The notes under the pieces were generated by a model, which worked only from the letters and a program-made list of their open reading frames with translations, made no database searches and was not told the DNA's origin. Shown here piece by piece: positions 9,430-19,597 of a DNA stretch of 64,000 nt. The stretch's first letter is position 1; the number at the start of each line of letters is the position of its first letter. Source of the DNA: Acutalibacteraceae bacterium (GTDB lineage Bacteria > Bacillota > Clostridia > Oscillospirales > Acutalibacteraceae); assembly GCA_045605125.1 (NCBI GenBank), contig JAZUPK010000036.1:4945-68944 (forward strand), given 5' to 3'. The position numbers and the translations under genes were made by a program.

Positions 9430-10350
9430 TTAATTCTTTTGTAATACAAACGCGCACCAGTTATCCCTGTAGCATTCCTTTAAAACTATAAAGCCTTTAT
9501 CCTTCGCGGCTGCTAGGACATCATCCTTCCTAATATCTATAATACCTGATATTATAAACACCGCATCTTCTTCTAAAAACAGTTCTACATTCTCGAACAG
9601 CTTTATTATAACATCCGCCACAATATTAGCGCAAATAACATTGTATTTACCGCTTATTTTATCAGCTAAATCGCCAACCAAAAATTCGCATTTATCGGCA
9701 ATATTATTTATCTCGGCATTTTCTTTAGCAGTTTTTACCGACTGCGCATCAATATCTACACCAATTGCATTTTTAGCGCCCAAAAGCACAGACGCAATGC
9801 TTAGAATACCGCTACCGGTACCAATATCGAGCACACTTGTGCTATCGGTTATATAATTTTCCAATAAAGAAAGACAAAGCGAGGTTGTCGCGTGGGTACC
9901 TGTACCAAAAGCGGCACCGGGGTCAATACTAAGTATCGTTCTGCCATCTTTATTGTCGTATTTTTCCCAGCTTGGTACTATTACAAGCTTTTCGCCAATT
10001 TCCATAGAATGAAAATACTTTTTCCAATTTTCATTCCAATCCTTATCATTAACGCCTTTATTATCTATCTGGAATTCAATATTTTGGGCAGTAAGGCGCT
10101 CTTTTAAAAACTCAAGCGACTCTAGCGCGTTATCACATTCAGATATGTAAATATGAATAAGTGATACCGAGCGGTCCTTTGCCAAAAGCTGCTCATCAAT
10201 TAAATTTATGTGAGCAATCTCTTCTGCCTTTTCTTCCAAATCGGAATAATCTTCTATATAAATTCCGTAAGGCACCGTCATATTAGCGATAGCCGCAGCT
10301 AAATCGGTATCCTTTTGAGGCACCTTAATTGTAATTTCAGTCCAGTTCAT
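9430..10350 (-). CDS. prmA: ribosomal protein L11 methyltransferase
   Basis: PrmA-like N-terminal domain. SAM motif VLDIGTGSGILSI. Length is about 306 aa. Confidence 0.85.
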   Translation of the reverse strand: MNWTEITIKVPQKDTDLAAAIANMTVPYGIYIEDYSDLEEKAEEIAHINLIDEQLLAKDRSVSLIHIYISECDNALESLEFLKERLTAQNIEFQIDNKGVNDKDWNENWKKYFHSMEIGEKLVIVPSWEKYDNKDGRTILSIDPGAAFGTGTHATTSLCLSLLENYITDSTSVLDIGTGSGILSIASVLLGAKNAIGVDIDAQSVKTAKENAEINNIADKCEFLVGDLADKISGKYNVICANIVADVIIKLFENVELFLEEDAVFIISGIIDIRKDDVLAAAKDKGFIVLKECYRDNWCAFVLQKN

Positions 10351-11482
10351 TAATAACTCCTAATATTTGTTCCTTAGTGTTTAATACAGTACCCTGTACC
10401 ATACCATTACGGCCTCCACCGCGAACAGTAAGTTTACCCTTGAACTCTTTAAACCAAGGGTCAAGTCTTGTAGCATCTCCACATATTGCAAAAGCGTATT
10501 CACTGTCACATCCGCTGAAAACCGCCCTTATACCACCGTGTTCTTTACATAAAGAATCCGCCAAAACCTGTAAATCCTTAATATCAAAATCATCTTGGAA
10601 AACGGCAGATATTTCACTATCAGCTTCAAAAGTTTTCGAAAAACTTTCAATTATGCGCCTTTTAAGTCCACCTATTTGGTATTTAAGATTGTCTATATTT
10701 TCAAGTTGTTTTTTTACAGCAGCTGCTATTTCGTTTTGCGGACTGCAAAGAAGCGAAGAAATTTCTAAATCATTAAAATAGCGGTTATTATAATCTTTAA
10801 GAGCCCGCTTTCCGCATACCGCCCAAATACGAATGCCACCCTTGTTTTTAGCAAAATCAAGTATCTTTATAATACCTACTTCACTAGCGTTTTTAACGTG
10901 CGGTGCACAGCAAGCGCAACGGTCACAACCCTCAATTTCAACTATTCTTACACCGCTTTGCAAATCAAGCTTGCTGCGGTACTCTAAGTCCTTTAAATTT
11001 TCAGGATAATAGCAATTGATTTTAGCATTGCGGTATATTACCTCATTCGCAAGGGCTTCTATTTCCAACAAATTTTCACGAGTTAACATTCCGTCGAAAT
11101 CCATTGTCATTTCGGTTTCATTCAAATGAAAACCTACATTGTTATAGCCATAAAGCGAATTAACAATACCCGAAATTATATGCTCGCCTGTATGCTGCTG
11201 CATAAAATCAAAGCGACGCTCATAATCAATCGTTCCGCTAACGGTTTTCCCTTTTTCTAACTGCTTTGTGGTGTAATGGTAAATAATGCCGTCGTTTTCT
11301 CTAACATCATATACACGAACACCATCTAAGTAACCCGTATCAGACGGTTGACCGCCGCCTTCAGGGAAAAAAGCAGTTTTATTTAAAATTGTAAAATATC
11401 CATCCTCTTTTTCGTAACTATCAATTACTGTAGCGGTAAATTCCCTTAAATGGGAATCGTTATCGTATAATTTTTCGGTCAT
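10337..11482 (-). CDS. alanyl-tRNA editing protein (AlaX-L-like, tRNA_SAD plus DHHA1-like C-terminus)
   Basis: HTGEHI and CCAPHV zinc-binding motifs of the Ala/Thr-tRNA synthetase second additional domain. Confidence 0.7.
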   Translation of the reverse strand: MTEKLYDNDSHLREFTATVIDSYEKEDGYFTILNKTAFFPEGGGQPSDTGYLDGVRVYDVRENDGIIYHYTTKQLEKGKTVSGTIDYERRFDFMQQHTGEHIISGIVNSLYGYNNVGFHLNETEMTMDFDGMLTRENLLEIEALANEVIYRNAKINCYYPENLKDLEYRSKLDLQSGVRIVEIEGCDRCACCAPHVKNASEVGIIKILDFAKNKGGIRIWAVCGKRALKDYNNRYFNDLEISSLLCSPQNEIAAAVKKQLENIDNLKYQIGGLKRRIIESFSKTFEADSEISAVFQDDFDIKDLQVLADSLCKEHGGIRAVFSGCDSEYAFAICGDATRLDPWFKEFKGKLTVRGGGRNGMVQGTVLNTKEQILGVINELD

Positions 11483-12852
11483 CCTAATCTTTCCTTTACT
11501 ATATATGCCGCTTTATAAATATCGCCGCCGCCCATTGTTATTACAATATCGTTTTCCTTTGCGGTTTCGATTATTTTGTCTGCTATATTCGGAAAACCGT
11601 CTACAATGCAAACATCCTTAAGCCCTTTAGCCAAGTCTTCAGATGAAATACCATAAGTATTAATCTCGCGCGAGCCCATAATCGGGGTTAAAATAACCTT
11701 ATCCGCAATAGATAACGCTTTAATAAATTCATCCTTTAAAAGTGCGGTTCGTGAAAAAGTGAATGGTTGGAACACCGCAATAACATTGTTATAAGAAAGG
11801 TTTTTAGCGGCAGTAAGAGTTGCCGTAATCTCGGTTGGGTGGTGCGCGTAGTCATCTGCTAAGCAAAAACCGTTATACTCGCCCAAAAATTCGAATCTTC
11901 TGCCGGCTCCCGTAAATTTTTCTAGCGCATCCTTTATACCAATCACATCTACACCCATATCATAAGCTACCGCAAAAGCGGATAGAGCGTTCAAAATATT
12001 ATGGTGACCCGGAATGTGAAGCGCTAAATTTACAAGCTTTTCGCCTTTTCTATAAACATCAAATGAAAAACCATATTTGCCTTTTTCTATATTATCTGCA
12101 TAATAGTCATTGGACTTATTAAAACCAAAACTAACCTTTTCTACCTTTGCATTATTGCAAGCGGTAACCGATAATTCATCATCACCATTTACATAGCAAA
12201 GCTTACCCTTGGATATAAACTTTGTAAATGAATTTACAAGGTTTTCCATTGTTTTAAAATAGTCAAGGTGATCGTTATCTATATTAAGCAAAACCGTAAT
12301 ATCGGGAGAAAGCTGTAAAAAGGTATCCACAAACTCGCACGATTCGCAAACCATAGTCTCACTATTGCCTGCAATACCATTAGAATTTATAAGCGGAAGC
12401 TTACCGCCGATAACTGCTGTAGGATCGCACTTGTTTAAAATCAAAATTTGTGTTATCATAGATGTAACAGAGGTTTTACCGTGGGTACCGCACACACCTA
12501 TAACATTATCAAATTTACGGGTAAGCGCACCCAAAAGCAGGCTTCTCTCCATTGTAGGAATACCAAGCTCATTAGCTCTTAACAATTCAGGGTTATCTTT
12601 ACTGATGGCCGCCGAATAAACCACCAGTTCAGCGTTTTCTACATTTTCGGGATTATGGCCCATAAAAACCTTTATGCCAAGGTTTTTAACACGCTTTAAA
12701 GGGTCACTTTCGTTATTATCGGACCCTGTTAAAATATAACCCTTAGTATGCAAAATTTCGGCAAGCGGACACATACCGCTACCGCCGATACCTATCATAT
12801 GAATTTTTTTAACATTATCAATTATTTTATCTTCAAGTGACAGTTGTTTCAC
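11479..12852 (-). CDS. murC: UDP-N-acetylmuramate--L-alanine ligase
   Basis: IGIGGSGM Rossmann start. Mur ligase P-loop GTHGKTS. DDYAHHP motif. Confidence 0.9.
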   Translation of the reverse strand: MKQLSLEDKIIDNVKKIHMIGIGGSGMCPLAEILHTKGYILTGSDNNESDPLKRVKNLGIKVFMGHNPENVENAELVVYSAAISKDNPELLRANELGIPTMERSLLLGALTRKFDNVIGVCGTHGKTSVTSMITQILILNKCDPTAVIGGKLPLINSNGIAGNSETMVCESCEFVDTFLQLSPDITVLLNIDNDHLDYFKTMENLVNSFTKFISKGKLCYVNGDDELSVTACNNAKVEKVSFGFNKSNDYYADNIEKGKYGFSFDVYRKGEKLVNLALHIPGHHNILNALSAFAVAYDMGVDVIGIKDALEKFTGAGRRFEFLGEYNGFCLADDYAHHPTEITATLTAAKNLSYNNVIAVFQPFTFSRTALLKDEFIKALSIADKVILTPIMGSREINTYGISSEDLAKGLKDVCIVDGFPNIADKIIETAKENDIVITMGGGDIYKAAYIVKERLG

Positions 12853-12939
12853 TAAAAAACTCCCTATATTAAGAATATTATATATATTATACTACTATTT
12901 GTATAAAAAATAAACCATTTTTTGAAAGGAAACTAAAAA

Positions 12940-14052
12940 ATGTTTAAAATCCCTTCAAACGTAAGCTTTGTAATAGAAAATTTAATAAAAAACGGGCATA
13001 AAGCTTACCTTGTGGGCGGTTGTGTCAGAGATATGCTAATGGGCAAAGCTCCTACCGATTTTGATGTTACTACATCTGCCTTCCCAAGCGAAGTAATTAG
13101 CCTTTTTAAAAAGACAATACCTACAGGCATAAAGCACGGCACAGTAACAGTTATGGTAAACTCCACCCCCATTGAAGTCACCACCTTTCGCACCGAAACC
13201 GGTTACAGCGACTCGCGACATCCCGACGGGGTAAATTTTGTAAGAAATTTAGCACAAGACCTTTGCCGCCGCGATTTTACGATTAACGCTATGGCTTATA
13301 ACCAAAATGAAGGACTTATCGACCTTTATGGCGGAATGGCAGATATAGAAAATAAAATTTTACGAACCGTAGGAGATGCTAAAACTCGATTCACGGAAGA
13401 TGCACTTAGGATTTTAAGGCTTTTTCGCTTTGCTGCTACCTTAGGCTTTTCTATAGAGCAAGATACAAAAGCTGCCGCACTGGAATGTGGCCATCTTTTA
13501 GAAAACGTAAGCCGTGAACGCATTTTTGTAGAGCTTAAAAAAGCGGTAACAGGTGACAACTTCAAGGTTTTTGAGGATTTAATTTCATCGGGAAGTCTAA
13601 ACTTTATAAATTTTACAAAAACTCCCGATTTTGAAAAAATAAACACTCAAAAAGACCCTCTTGTCCGCCTATATCTGAGCATTACTACCGATACTTTAAT
13701 GCATTTTCACCCATCTAATAAAGAACGTGAATTTTTCACCACCTTTGACACTCTTTCAAAATTGCCTGCACCCGAAACTGACCGTGATATTAAAGAAATG
13801 CTAAACACTTGCGACTGCGACATTTTAAAAGCATTTTTCGAATATAAGGGATTAGATACCACTTTAATAGATAAGGTTTTACATTCAAAAGAGCCTTATA
13901 AAATAAGTCACCTTAAAATTGATGGAAAAACGCTTTTGGAACTTGGCTACAAGGGAGAAAAAATAGGCGAAATTTTAGAACATTTAAGAAAATCCGTAAT
14001 AAGTGACCCAAAGAAAAACACCAAAGAAAAATTATTAAAAGAAATACCGTAA
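12940..14052 (+). CDS. cca: CCA-adding tRNA nucleotidyltransferase (poly(A) polymerase family)
   Basis: GGCVRDMLMGKAPTDFDV nucleotidyltransferase motif and RRDFTINA motif. Confidence 0.8.
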   Translation: MFKIPSNVSFVIENLIKNGHKAYLVGGCVRDMLMGKAPTDFDVTTSAFPSEVISLFKKTIPTGIKHGTVTVMVNSTPIEVTTFRTETGYSDSRHPDGVNFVRNLAQDLCRRDFTINAMAYNQNEGLIDLYGGMADIENKILRTVGDAKTRFTEDALRILRLFRFAATLGFSIEQDTKAAALECGHLLENVSRERIFVELKKAVTGDNFKVFEDLISSGSLNFINFTKTPDFEKINTQKDPLVRLYLSITTDTLMHFHPSNKEREFFTTFDTLSKLPAPETDRDIKEMLNTCDCDILKAFFEYKGLDTTLIDKVLHSKEPYKISHLKIDGKTLLELGYKGEKIGEILEHLRKSVISDPKKNTKEKLLKEIP

Positions 14053-14062
14053 CAAACAACTT

Positions 14063-14126
14063 TAAGTGCCATAAACTGTATTAGTGAAAGAAATTCTCTA
14101 TAAGTTTTTGGCACTTATATTTTTTG
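14063..14126 (+). terminator. possible terminator after cca (long-loop hairpin plus T-run)
   Basis: TAAGTGCCA (14063-71) pairs with TGGCACTTA (14109-17), followed by TATATTTTTT. The 37-nt loop makes this weak. Confidence 0.3.
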
Positions 14127-14136
14127 GAGGGATTTT

Positions 14137-14934
14137 ATGAAAAAGGTTTGTATAGTAGGCGGAGACAGTAGGCTTAAAACGGTTAAGCACCACCTTGAAA
14201 AGCAAAACTTTTTTGTTAATACTTTGGGGCTTTACCCCGAAGATAAAGGCGATGTTGCTTTAAGCGATATACTGATTCTGCCCGTCCCCACTACACGTGA
14301 CGGTAAAACTGTATTTACACCGCTTACAAACCGCGTTATCCCTTTAGAAGATATTTATAAAAAAACACAGGACCAACTAATACTTTGCTGTAACTATAAC
14401 TTCAAAAATCGCAACTGTATAGATTATAACACCCTCGACAGCTATGCACTTTTAAATGCCGTCCCCACTGCTGAGGGTGCGATAAAAATAGCTATAGAAA
14501 ACACCGATTTCACCATTTGGCAGAGCAATATTTTGGTTATAGGCTACGGCCGAGTAGGAAAGATTTTAGCCGATAGACTTAAAAAACTTGGTGCTAATGT
14601 TACTGTAAGTGCTAGAAAACCTAAAGATTTTGCTGCACTGGAAGCGCTCGGGTTTAGTAGTATAAACACCGAAAAATTACCCGAGCTTTACTTAGGATAT
14701 GATATTATTTTTAATACAGTTGATGCTTTGGTTTTACCTGACAGCACCCTTAAAAACTTGCCCTGTAGCCTTTTAATGGATTTATCATCAAAAGGTGGAT
14801 TTGATTTAGAAAAAGCCAAATCATTGGGTCTTAATGCCTTAAATGCACCGGCATTGCCCGGCAAAATCGCCCCAAAAACCGCAGGAAGAATTTTAGCAAA
14901 AACTGTAAGCGAGCTTATTCGTTTTTATAACTAA
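14137..14934 (+). CDS. dpaA: dipicolinate synthase subunit A
   Basis: Dehydrogenase-like fold with VIGYGRVGK. Immediately followed by the B subunit. Sporulation gene context. Confidence 0.8.
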   Translation: MKKVCIVGGDSRLKTVKHHLEKQNFFVNTLGLYPEDKGDVALSDILILPVPTTRDGKTVFTPLTNRVIPLEDIYKKTQDQLILCCNYNFKNRNCIDYNTLDSYALLNAVPTAEGAIKIAIENTDFTIWQSNILVIGYGRVGKILADRLKKLGANVTVSARKPKDFAALEALGFSSINTEKLPELYLGYDIIFNTVDALVLPDSTLKNLPCSLLMDLSSKGGFDLEKAKSLGLNALNAPALPGKIAPKTAGRILAKTVSELIRFYN

Positions 14935-14946
14935 AAGGAGAATATT

Positions 14947-15519
14947 ATGCAAAATATAACCTTAGGCTACGCTATAACAGGCTCCTTTTGTACTATAAGG
15001 GAATCTATAGAAGCCTTAAAAGTTTTGAGTAAAGAGAATATTAAAATTCTGCCCATTTTATCCGAAACGGTATGCAGTACCGACACCCGTTTTGGCAAAG
15101 CAAAAGACATAATAAACGAAGTAGAAGAAATAACAGGTAATAAAATAATAAGCACAATTGCCACTGCCGAGCCTATAGGCCCTAAAGGTCTGCTTGATAT
15201 TTTGGTGGTTGCCCCCGCTACAGGCAATACGCTTGCTAAAAACGCTTTAGGTATTACAGATACCGCAGTCACAATGGCAATAAAAGCGCATTTGCGAAAT
15301 AATAAGCCTGTTGTATTAGGTATTGCTACAAATGATGCCTTAGGCGCCAGCGCTAAAAATATTGGAATGCTACACAACACTAAAAATATTTATTTTGTAC
15401 CCTACCGCCAAGATGACCCGCAAAAAAAGAGCACATCTTTAATATGCGATTTTACACGAATACCCGAAACGGTAGAAAAAGCTCTGCAAGGACAACAGCT
15501 ACAACCTATTTTAATTTGA
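14947..15519 (+). CDS. dpaB: dipicolinate synthase subunit B (flavoprotein family)
   Basis: GYAITGSFCT start and VAPATGNTLAK motif. About 190 aa. Paired with dpaA. Confidence 0.8.
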   Translation: MQNITLGYAITGSFCTIRESIEALKVLSKENIKILPILSETVCSTDTRFGKAKDIINEVEEITGNKIISTIATAEPIGPKGLLDILVVAPATGNTLAKNALGITDTAVTMAIKAHLRNNKPVVLGIATNDALGASAKNIGMLHNTKNIYFVPYRQDDPQKKSTSLICDFTRIPETVEKALQGQQLQPILI

Positions 15520-15582
15520 CATTTTTTATATATTGGTATATAATCTAACTCATTGAAACTATACTAATATGAGTGATTAAAA

Positions 15583-16164
15583 ATGGGAATTATAGAGCTT
15601 TTACTTTTAGCAATAGGTCTTTCTATGGATGCCTTTGCGGTATCTATATGCAAAGGCCTTGCTACATATAAACTTGAGAAAAAACACATGCTTATAACCG
15701 GCTTATGGTTTGGCGGATTTCAGGCATTAATGCCACTTATAGGCTACTTTTTAGGTACTACTTTTGAAAAATATGTAACAACGGTTGACCATTATATTGC
15801 CTTTGTGCTTTTAGCGGCAATCGGTGTTAATATGATTAAGGAATCCCGCGAAAAAGATGAGGCGGAAGAAGACTGCGGTTGTTCATCGTTTGCTTTTAAA
15901 ACAATGTTCGTGATGGCGGTAGCTACAAGCATTGATGCACTGGCGGCAGGTATTTCGCTTGCAATGGATTTAAAGGGTAACAACACCTACGCTTATTTAG
16001 CAGTAACGTTTATTGGTATTATAACCTTTACCCTGTCGGCAATCGGTGTTAAAATCGGCAATGTTTACGGTGCTAAATGGAAATCTAAAGCCGAGTTTGC
16101 AGGTGGTATAATCCTTATAGCCTTAGGTACTAAAATTTTAATAGAGCACTTATTCTTACAGTAA
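15583..16164 (+). CDS. mntP: manganese efflux pump MntP
   Basis: Six-TM protein with duplicated LSMDAFAVS / TSIDALAAG motifs. Confidence 0.8.
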   Translation: MGIIELLLLAIGLSMDAFAVSICKGLATYKLEKKHMLITGLWFGGFQALMPLIGYFLGTTFEKYVTTVDHYIAFVLLAAIGVNMIKESREKDEAEEDCGCSSFAFKTMFVMAVATSIDALAAGISLAMDLKGNNTYAYLAVTFIGIITFTLSAIGVKIGNVYGAKWKSKAEFAGGIILIALGTKILIEHLFLQ

Positions 16165-16169
16165 AACTT

Positions 16170-16211
16170 AAATCCACTCCTAGGGGAGATACTCCGTAAG
16201 GAAGTGTTTTA
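16170..16211. repeat. left arm of imperfect inverted repeat bracketing the LRR gene
   Basis: AAATCCACTCC (16170-80) is the exact reverse complement of GGAGTGGATTT (18575-85). ACTCCGTA and GTTTTA are also shared with the right arm. Confidence 0.6.
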
Positions 16212-16233
16212 ACATTATAATTAAATAAAGTTT

Positions 16234-16267
16234 AACGGGGCAAGGAGAATTTTCTCCTTGCCCCGTT
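16234..16267. terminator. bidirectional intrinsic terminator between mntP and the LRR gene
   Basis: AACGGGGCAAGGAGA / TCTCCTTGCCCCGTT 15-bp stem with a 4-nt loop. Confidence 0.8.
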
Positions 16268-16274
16268 TGCTATA

Positions 16275-18443
16275 TTATTTAGTTTTTACATACTTGTAAG
16301 TAGACCAACCGGAATAATACTTTGTTTTATCAACAGTCTTATAGGTTCTTATTCTTACGTAGTACGTCTTTTTAGCACTAAGACTCTTCAAAGTATATTT
16401 CGTTGTCTTATAACTCGAAATGGTTTTTGTTTTAGCCTTTGTAAACTTCTTGGAAGTTGAATACTGAATTTGGTATCCACTAACTTGCGAGGATTTCTTT
16501 TTAATTGCTACTGTGATACTCTTCTTACCGGCAGTGAGTTTTGATACCGTTGTTTTCGCAGGGTTAATCTTAAAGGTCAGCGTTTTGGTACCGCTATACT
16601 TGCCCTTCATTTCAATCTTCACCTTGTAGGTTCCGACATTTTTTCTGCCCTTTGCGTAACTTACAGTGTAATCCGTATTCTGCTTAAGCACCTTTCCTGA
16701 ATAATCCTTAACTGTTACACTAGGAGTTTTTATCTTACCATTATATGTGTATGTTGTTGTAGACAACTTTAAAGATTTAACGTACTTAATAGTACTCTTA
16801 CTTGCAACCCTTCCACACACAGTACATTTCTTAACTACACTACCATTTTTAGAAAGCGTTGCTTTTGCTGTGGTTGTTTTGTAAGAGTGTGTGGTAAGTT
16901 TCGCTATGGTCGAAGTTTTTGTGCTTTTGCATACAGAACAAGTATACGTCCTAATACCTGTTGCCTTGCAGGTTGCATCTTTGGTTACTTTACCTGAATC
17001 GTACTTGTGGGTTATGGAGCGTGTTGCACCGCATACGTTACATATTGTATCACAATTGTTGCTGTAAGTATGGGTAGTAAGTTTTGCAATCGTTTCAGTT
17101 TTAATCCCCTTACATACGGAGCAGGTGTACGTTTTTACGCCTGTCGCCTTGCAGGTAGCCGCCTTGGTTACTTGGCCGGAATCGTAGTTGTGATTCAAAA
17201 CCTCACGAGTCTCACCACAGACGTTGCAAGTTGCATCACAAACGTTGGAATAAACATGAGATTCCTCACAACTGCTATAGTGCCACATTGCATTCAACAG
17301 TGGTTCATTGCTTTCCGCGATTACAATATAATTCTTAGCATCTTCCGAACCAGAATAATAAACATCAGTCAAAGCTGCACACTCATAGAACGCCGCTTCG
17401 CCAATACTTGTTACACTTACTGGAATGTTGATGTTTTCAAGTAATGGACAAATAAATGCTCCCGAGCCAATAGATTCCACACCATAAGGGATTACAATAT
17501 TTTTCAATGGAGTCCAACAAAACATTAAATCGTTAATATTTTTAATTCCGGAGCCTAAGGTAATTTCTCCAAGACTGGAATACCAAAACGCTCCTCGGCC
17601 TAAGCTTGTTACACTATCAGGGATGGTTATGCTTGTGATGTTTGTGCCCAAAAATGCCTCTTCACCGATTGCTTCAACTGAACCGGGGATGTTTATCTCC
17701 ATTAATCCATCATCATATCTAAAGGCTGCAGTACCAATTGTTTTTACACCGTTTGGAATAACAACTTTTTTGATAGTATAGCACTTATCGAACGCATAAG
17801 CCCCTATAACTTCAACCCCATCTGGAACAGTATATAAAGTTCCGCTATTGGAGTCAAGATACAGAATCAATTCTTTCTTGTTTTTACTAAACACAACGCC
17901 ATCTTCAAAAATAAAATAGGAATTATCTGCGCTAATGTTTATTTTCTCCAATTTTACATTGTTGCCAAACGCTACAATCATATCAGAAGAAGATACATTT
18001 TTGCCAAATGTCAATTCCTTAATAGGAGAATCCGTAAGGCCTGTTTCTCCTACTTCGGGTATATCGTTGGGACAAATAAGAGTTTCTAAAGCCTCGCATT
18101 CCGAAAAGGCAAATTTTCCAATGTTTTGGACACTACTGGGGAGCGTTACTTTTTTTAAGTCTTGATTAAAGGCAAACGCAAATTTTCCAATATATGTAAC
18201 ACCGTCTTCAATAACAATTTCGGTAATTCCCCTTCCCCACGGAGCTGTTACAAAGCCTCCTTCATCACCTACATTATAATCACCCATAGCGCCATTACCT
18301 GAAATGGTAAGAACTGTTCCATCAAGTCTCCATTCACAATCTCCGCTTATTCCACAAGTAGTGGACTCCGCAGAAACGGCCATACTCGGCAACACGCTCA
18401 ATAACATTGCTAAAGTGATAAATGTGATAAGAATCTTTTTCAT
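16275..18443 (-). CDS. secreted leucine-rich-repeat (BspA-like) surface protein with Cys-rich and Ig/FN3-like C-terminal repeats
   Basis: Signal peptide MKKILITFITLAMLLSVLPSMAVSA. Repeated IP.SV..IG..AF LRR units. Two 59-aa Cys-rich repeats. Lys/Thr-rich beta-repeat tail. Confidence 0.75.
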   Translation of the reverse strand: MKKILITFITLAMLLSVLPSMAVSAESTTCGISGDCEWRLDGTVLTISGNGAMGDYNVGDEGGFVTAPWGRGITEIVIEDGVTYIGKFAFAFNQDLKKVTLPSSVQNIGKFAFSECEALETLICPNDIPEVGETGLTDSPIKELTFGKNVSSSDMIVAFGNNVKLEKINISADNSYFIFEDGVVFSKNKKELILYLDSNSGTLYTVPDGVEVIGAYAFDKCYTIKKVVIPNGVKTIGTAAFRYDDGLMEINIPGSVEAIGEEAFLGTNITSITIPDSVTSLGRGAFWYSSLGEITLGSGIKNINDLMFCWTPLKNIVIPYGVESIGSGAFICPLLENINIPVSVTSIGEAAFYECAALTDVYYSGSEDAKNYIVIAESNEPLLNAMWHYSSCEESHVYSNVCDATCNVCGETREVLNHNYDSGQVTKAATCKATGVKTYTCSVCKGIKTETIAKLTTHTYSNNCDTICNVCGATRSITHKYDSGKVTKDATCKATGIRTYTCSVCKSTKTSTIAKLTTHSYKTTTAKATLSKNGSVVKKCTVCGRVASKSTIKYVKSLKLSTTTYTYNGKIKTPSVTVKDYSGKVLKQNTDYTVSYAKGRKNVGTYKVKIEMKGKYSGTKTLTFKINPAKTTVSKLTAGKKSITVAIKKKSSQVSGYQIQYSTSKKFTKAKTKTISSYKTTKYTLKSLSAKKTYYVRIRTYKTVDKTKYYSGWSTYKYVKTK
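16885..17240 (-). repeat. tandem ~177-bp coding repeat (two Cys-rich modules) inside the LRR gene
   Basis: CDATCNVCGETREVLNHNYDSGQVTKAATCKATGVKTYTCSVCKGIKTETIAKLTTHTY is followed by CDTICNVCGATRSITHKYDSGKVTKDATCKATGIRTYTCSVCKSTKTSTIAKLTTHSY. Confidence 0.8.
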
Positions 18444-18556
18444 TTACAACCCTCCAAAATTTCAAGGTTCACAATTTAATATTAGTCATATGACAACAAA
18501 TTAGGATTTGCAAATAGTATAACATAAACAAAATTGATTTGCAATATTCAAAAGCT

Positions 18557-18587
18557 AAAACGCGAAGGCAATACGGAGTGGATTTTT
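18557..18587. repeat. right arm of imperfect inverted repeat bracketing the LRR gene
   Basis: AAAACGCGAAGGCAATACGGAGTGGATTTTT. See the left arm at 16170-16211. Confidence 0.6.
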
Positions 18588-18661
18588 TATATCCTTTAAA
18601 TTTCGTAAATTATTGTTCTATATAGGACAACCACTTCATAAGATTTAGTGAGGTGAACAAA

Positions 18662-19597
18662 ATGCAAGAAATTGAAAGATTTTACGATGTGCTTTATGCG
18701 GTATCGCCGCGAATACGCTCGGTATTAGAAAAATTACCCGACAAAATTAAAATGAGCGCTACCGAAATTCGTATGCGAGCAGGACTGCCACTAGCCATTA
18801 CGGTTGAAAATGAAACTGCTTTTTTAAGAATTAACGGACTCACACAATTTTATATTTCTAAAGACCTTTTTACAGTTACAAAAGAAGATTTGGAAGAAAG
18901 CTTTAAAAGGCTTTGCAATAATTCAGTTTTCGCTCACGAAAACGAGCTTAAAAACGGATACATAGTTATGAAAAACGGCTCACGCGCAGGTGTGTGCGGT
19001 AATATTTATGAAAGTGGAGGTTTTCGCGATATTTCTTCTATAAATATTAGAATCGCTCGCGAAATTTTCGGGTGTTCCAACGAAATTATAAAAAACTACA
19101 CAGGTGGCGGCATTCTAATTGCGGGTGCCCCCGGTAGCGGAAAAACCACCATCTTACGCGACCTTATAAGACAGCTTTCAAATGGAGTTTTAGGCAAGCT
19201 TTTTAGAATTTCGGTAATAGACAGCAGGTGCGAAATATCGGGTAGTAGTTACGGCAAAAATGCCAACGATTTAGGAAATAATACCGATGTTTTAATAACC
19301 GAGCAAAAAGCAACAGGGATAGAAATTGCTCTACGCACTATGTTTCCCGAGATAATTGCATTTGATGAAATCGCCACCGTAGACGAACTCAAAAAGGTTA
19401 GTGATAGCTTTTATTCAGGTGTAAATATTATAACCACCGCCCACATAGGAAGTATCGACGAACTTAAAACCCGCAATGTTACAAACCTTTTACTGCGAAG
19501 CGGCGCAATAAGCCAAATCGCACTACTCCCCCGTTTGCATGGTGGGAAGATAAGAATAATAAACACAGAGGAGCTTTTTTGTGAAGCTTACATTTAA
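18662..19597 (+). CDS. spoIIIAA: stage III sporulation protein AA (ATPase)
   Basis: Walker A GAPGSGKTT. First gene of an eight-gene spoIIIA-like operon. ATG at 18662 lies 6 nt after GAGGTG; the ORF track starts at GTG 18653. Confidence 0.85.
   Translation: MQEIERFYDVLYAVSPRIRSVLEKLPDKIKMSATEIRMRAGLPLAITVENETAFLRINGLTQFYISKDLFTVTKEDLEESFKRLCNNSVFAHENELKNGYIVMKNGSRAGVCGNIYESGGFRDISSINIRIAREIFGCSNEIIKNYTGGGILIAGAPGSGKTTILRDLIRQLSNGVLGKLFRISVIDSRCEISGSSYGKNANDLGNNTDVLITEQKATGIEIALRTMFPEIIAFDEIATVDELKKVSDSFYSGVNIITTAHIGSIDELKTRNVTNLLLRSGAISQIALLPRLHGGKIRIINTEELFCEAYI

Noticed and set aside
15520-15582. Possible yybP-ykoY manganese riboswitch upstream of mntP.
   Set aside because: The intergenic region is only 63 nt and shows none of the conserved four-helix riboswitch sequence.
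18600-18650. Sigma-E-type promoter for spoIIIA (TCTATAT ... CATAAGAT).
   Set aside because: The resemblance to the sigma-E consensus is loose and I cannot score it without a matrix. It is left unannotated.
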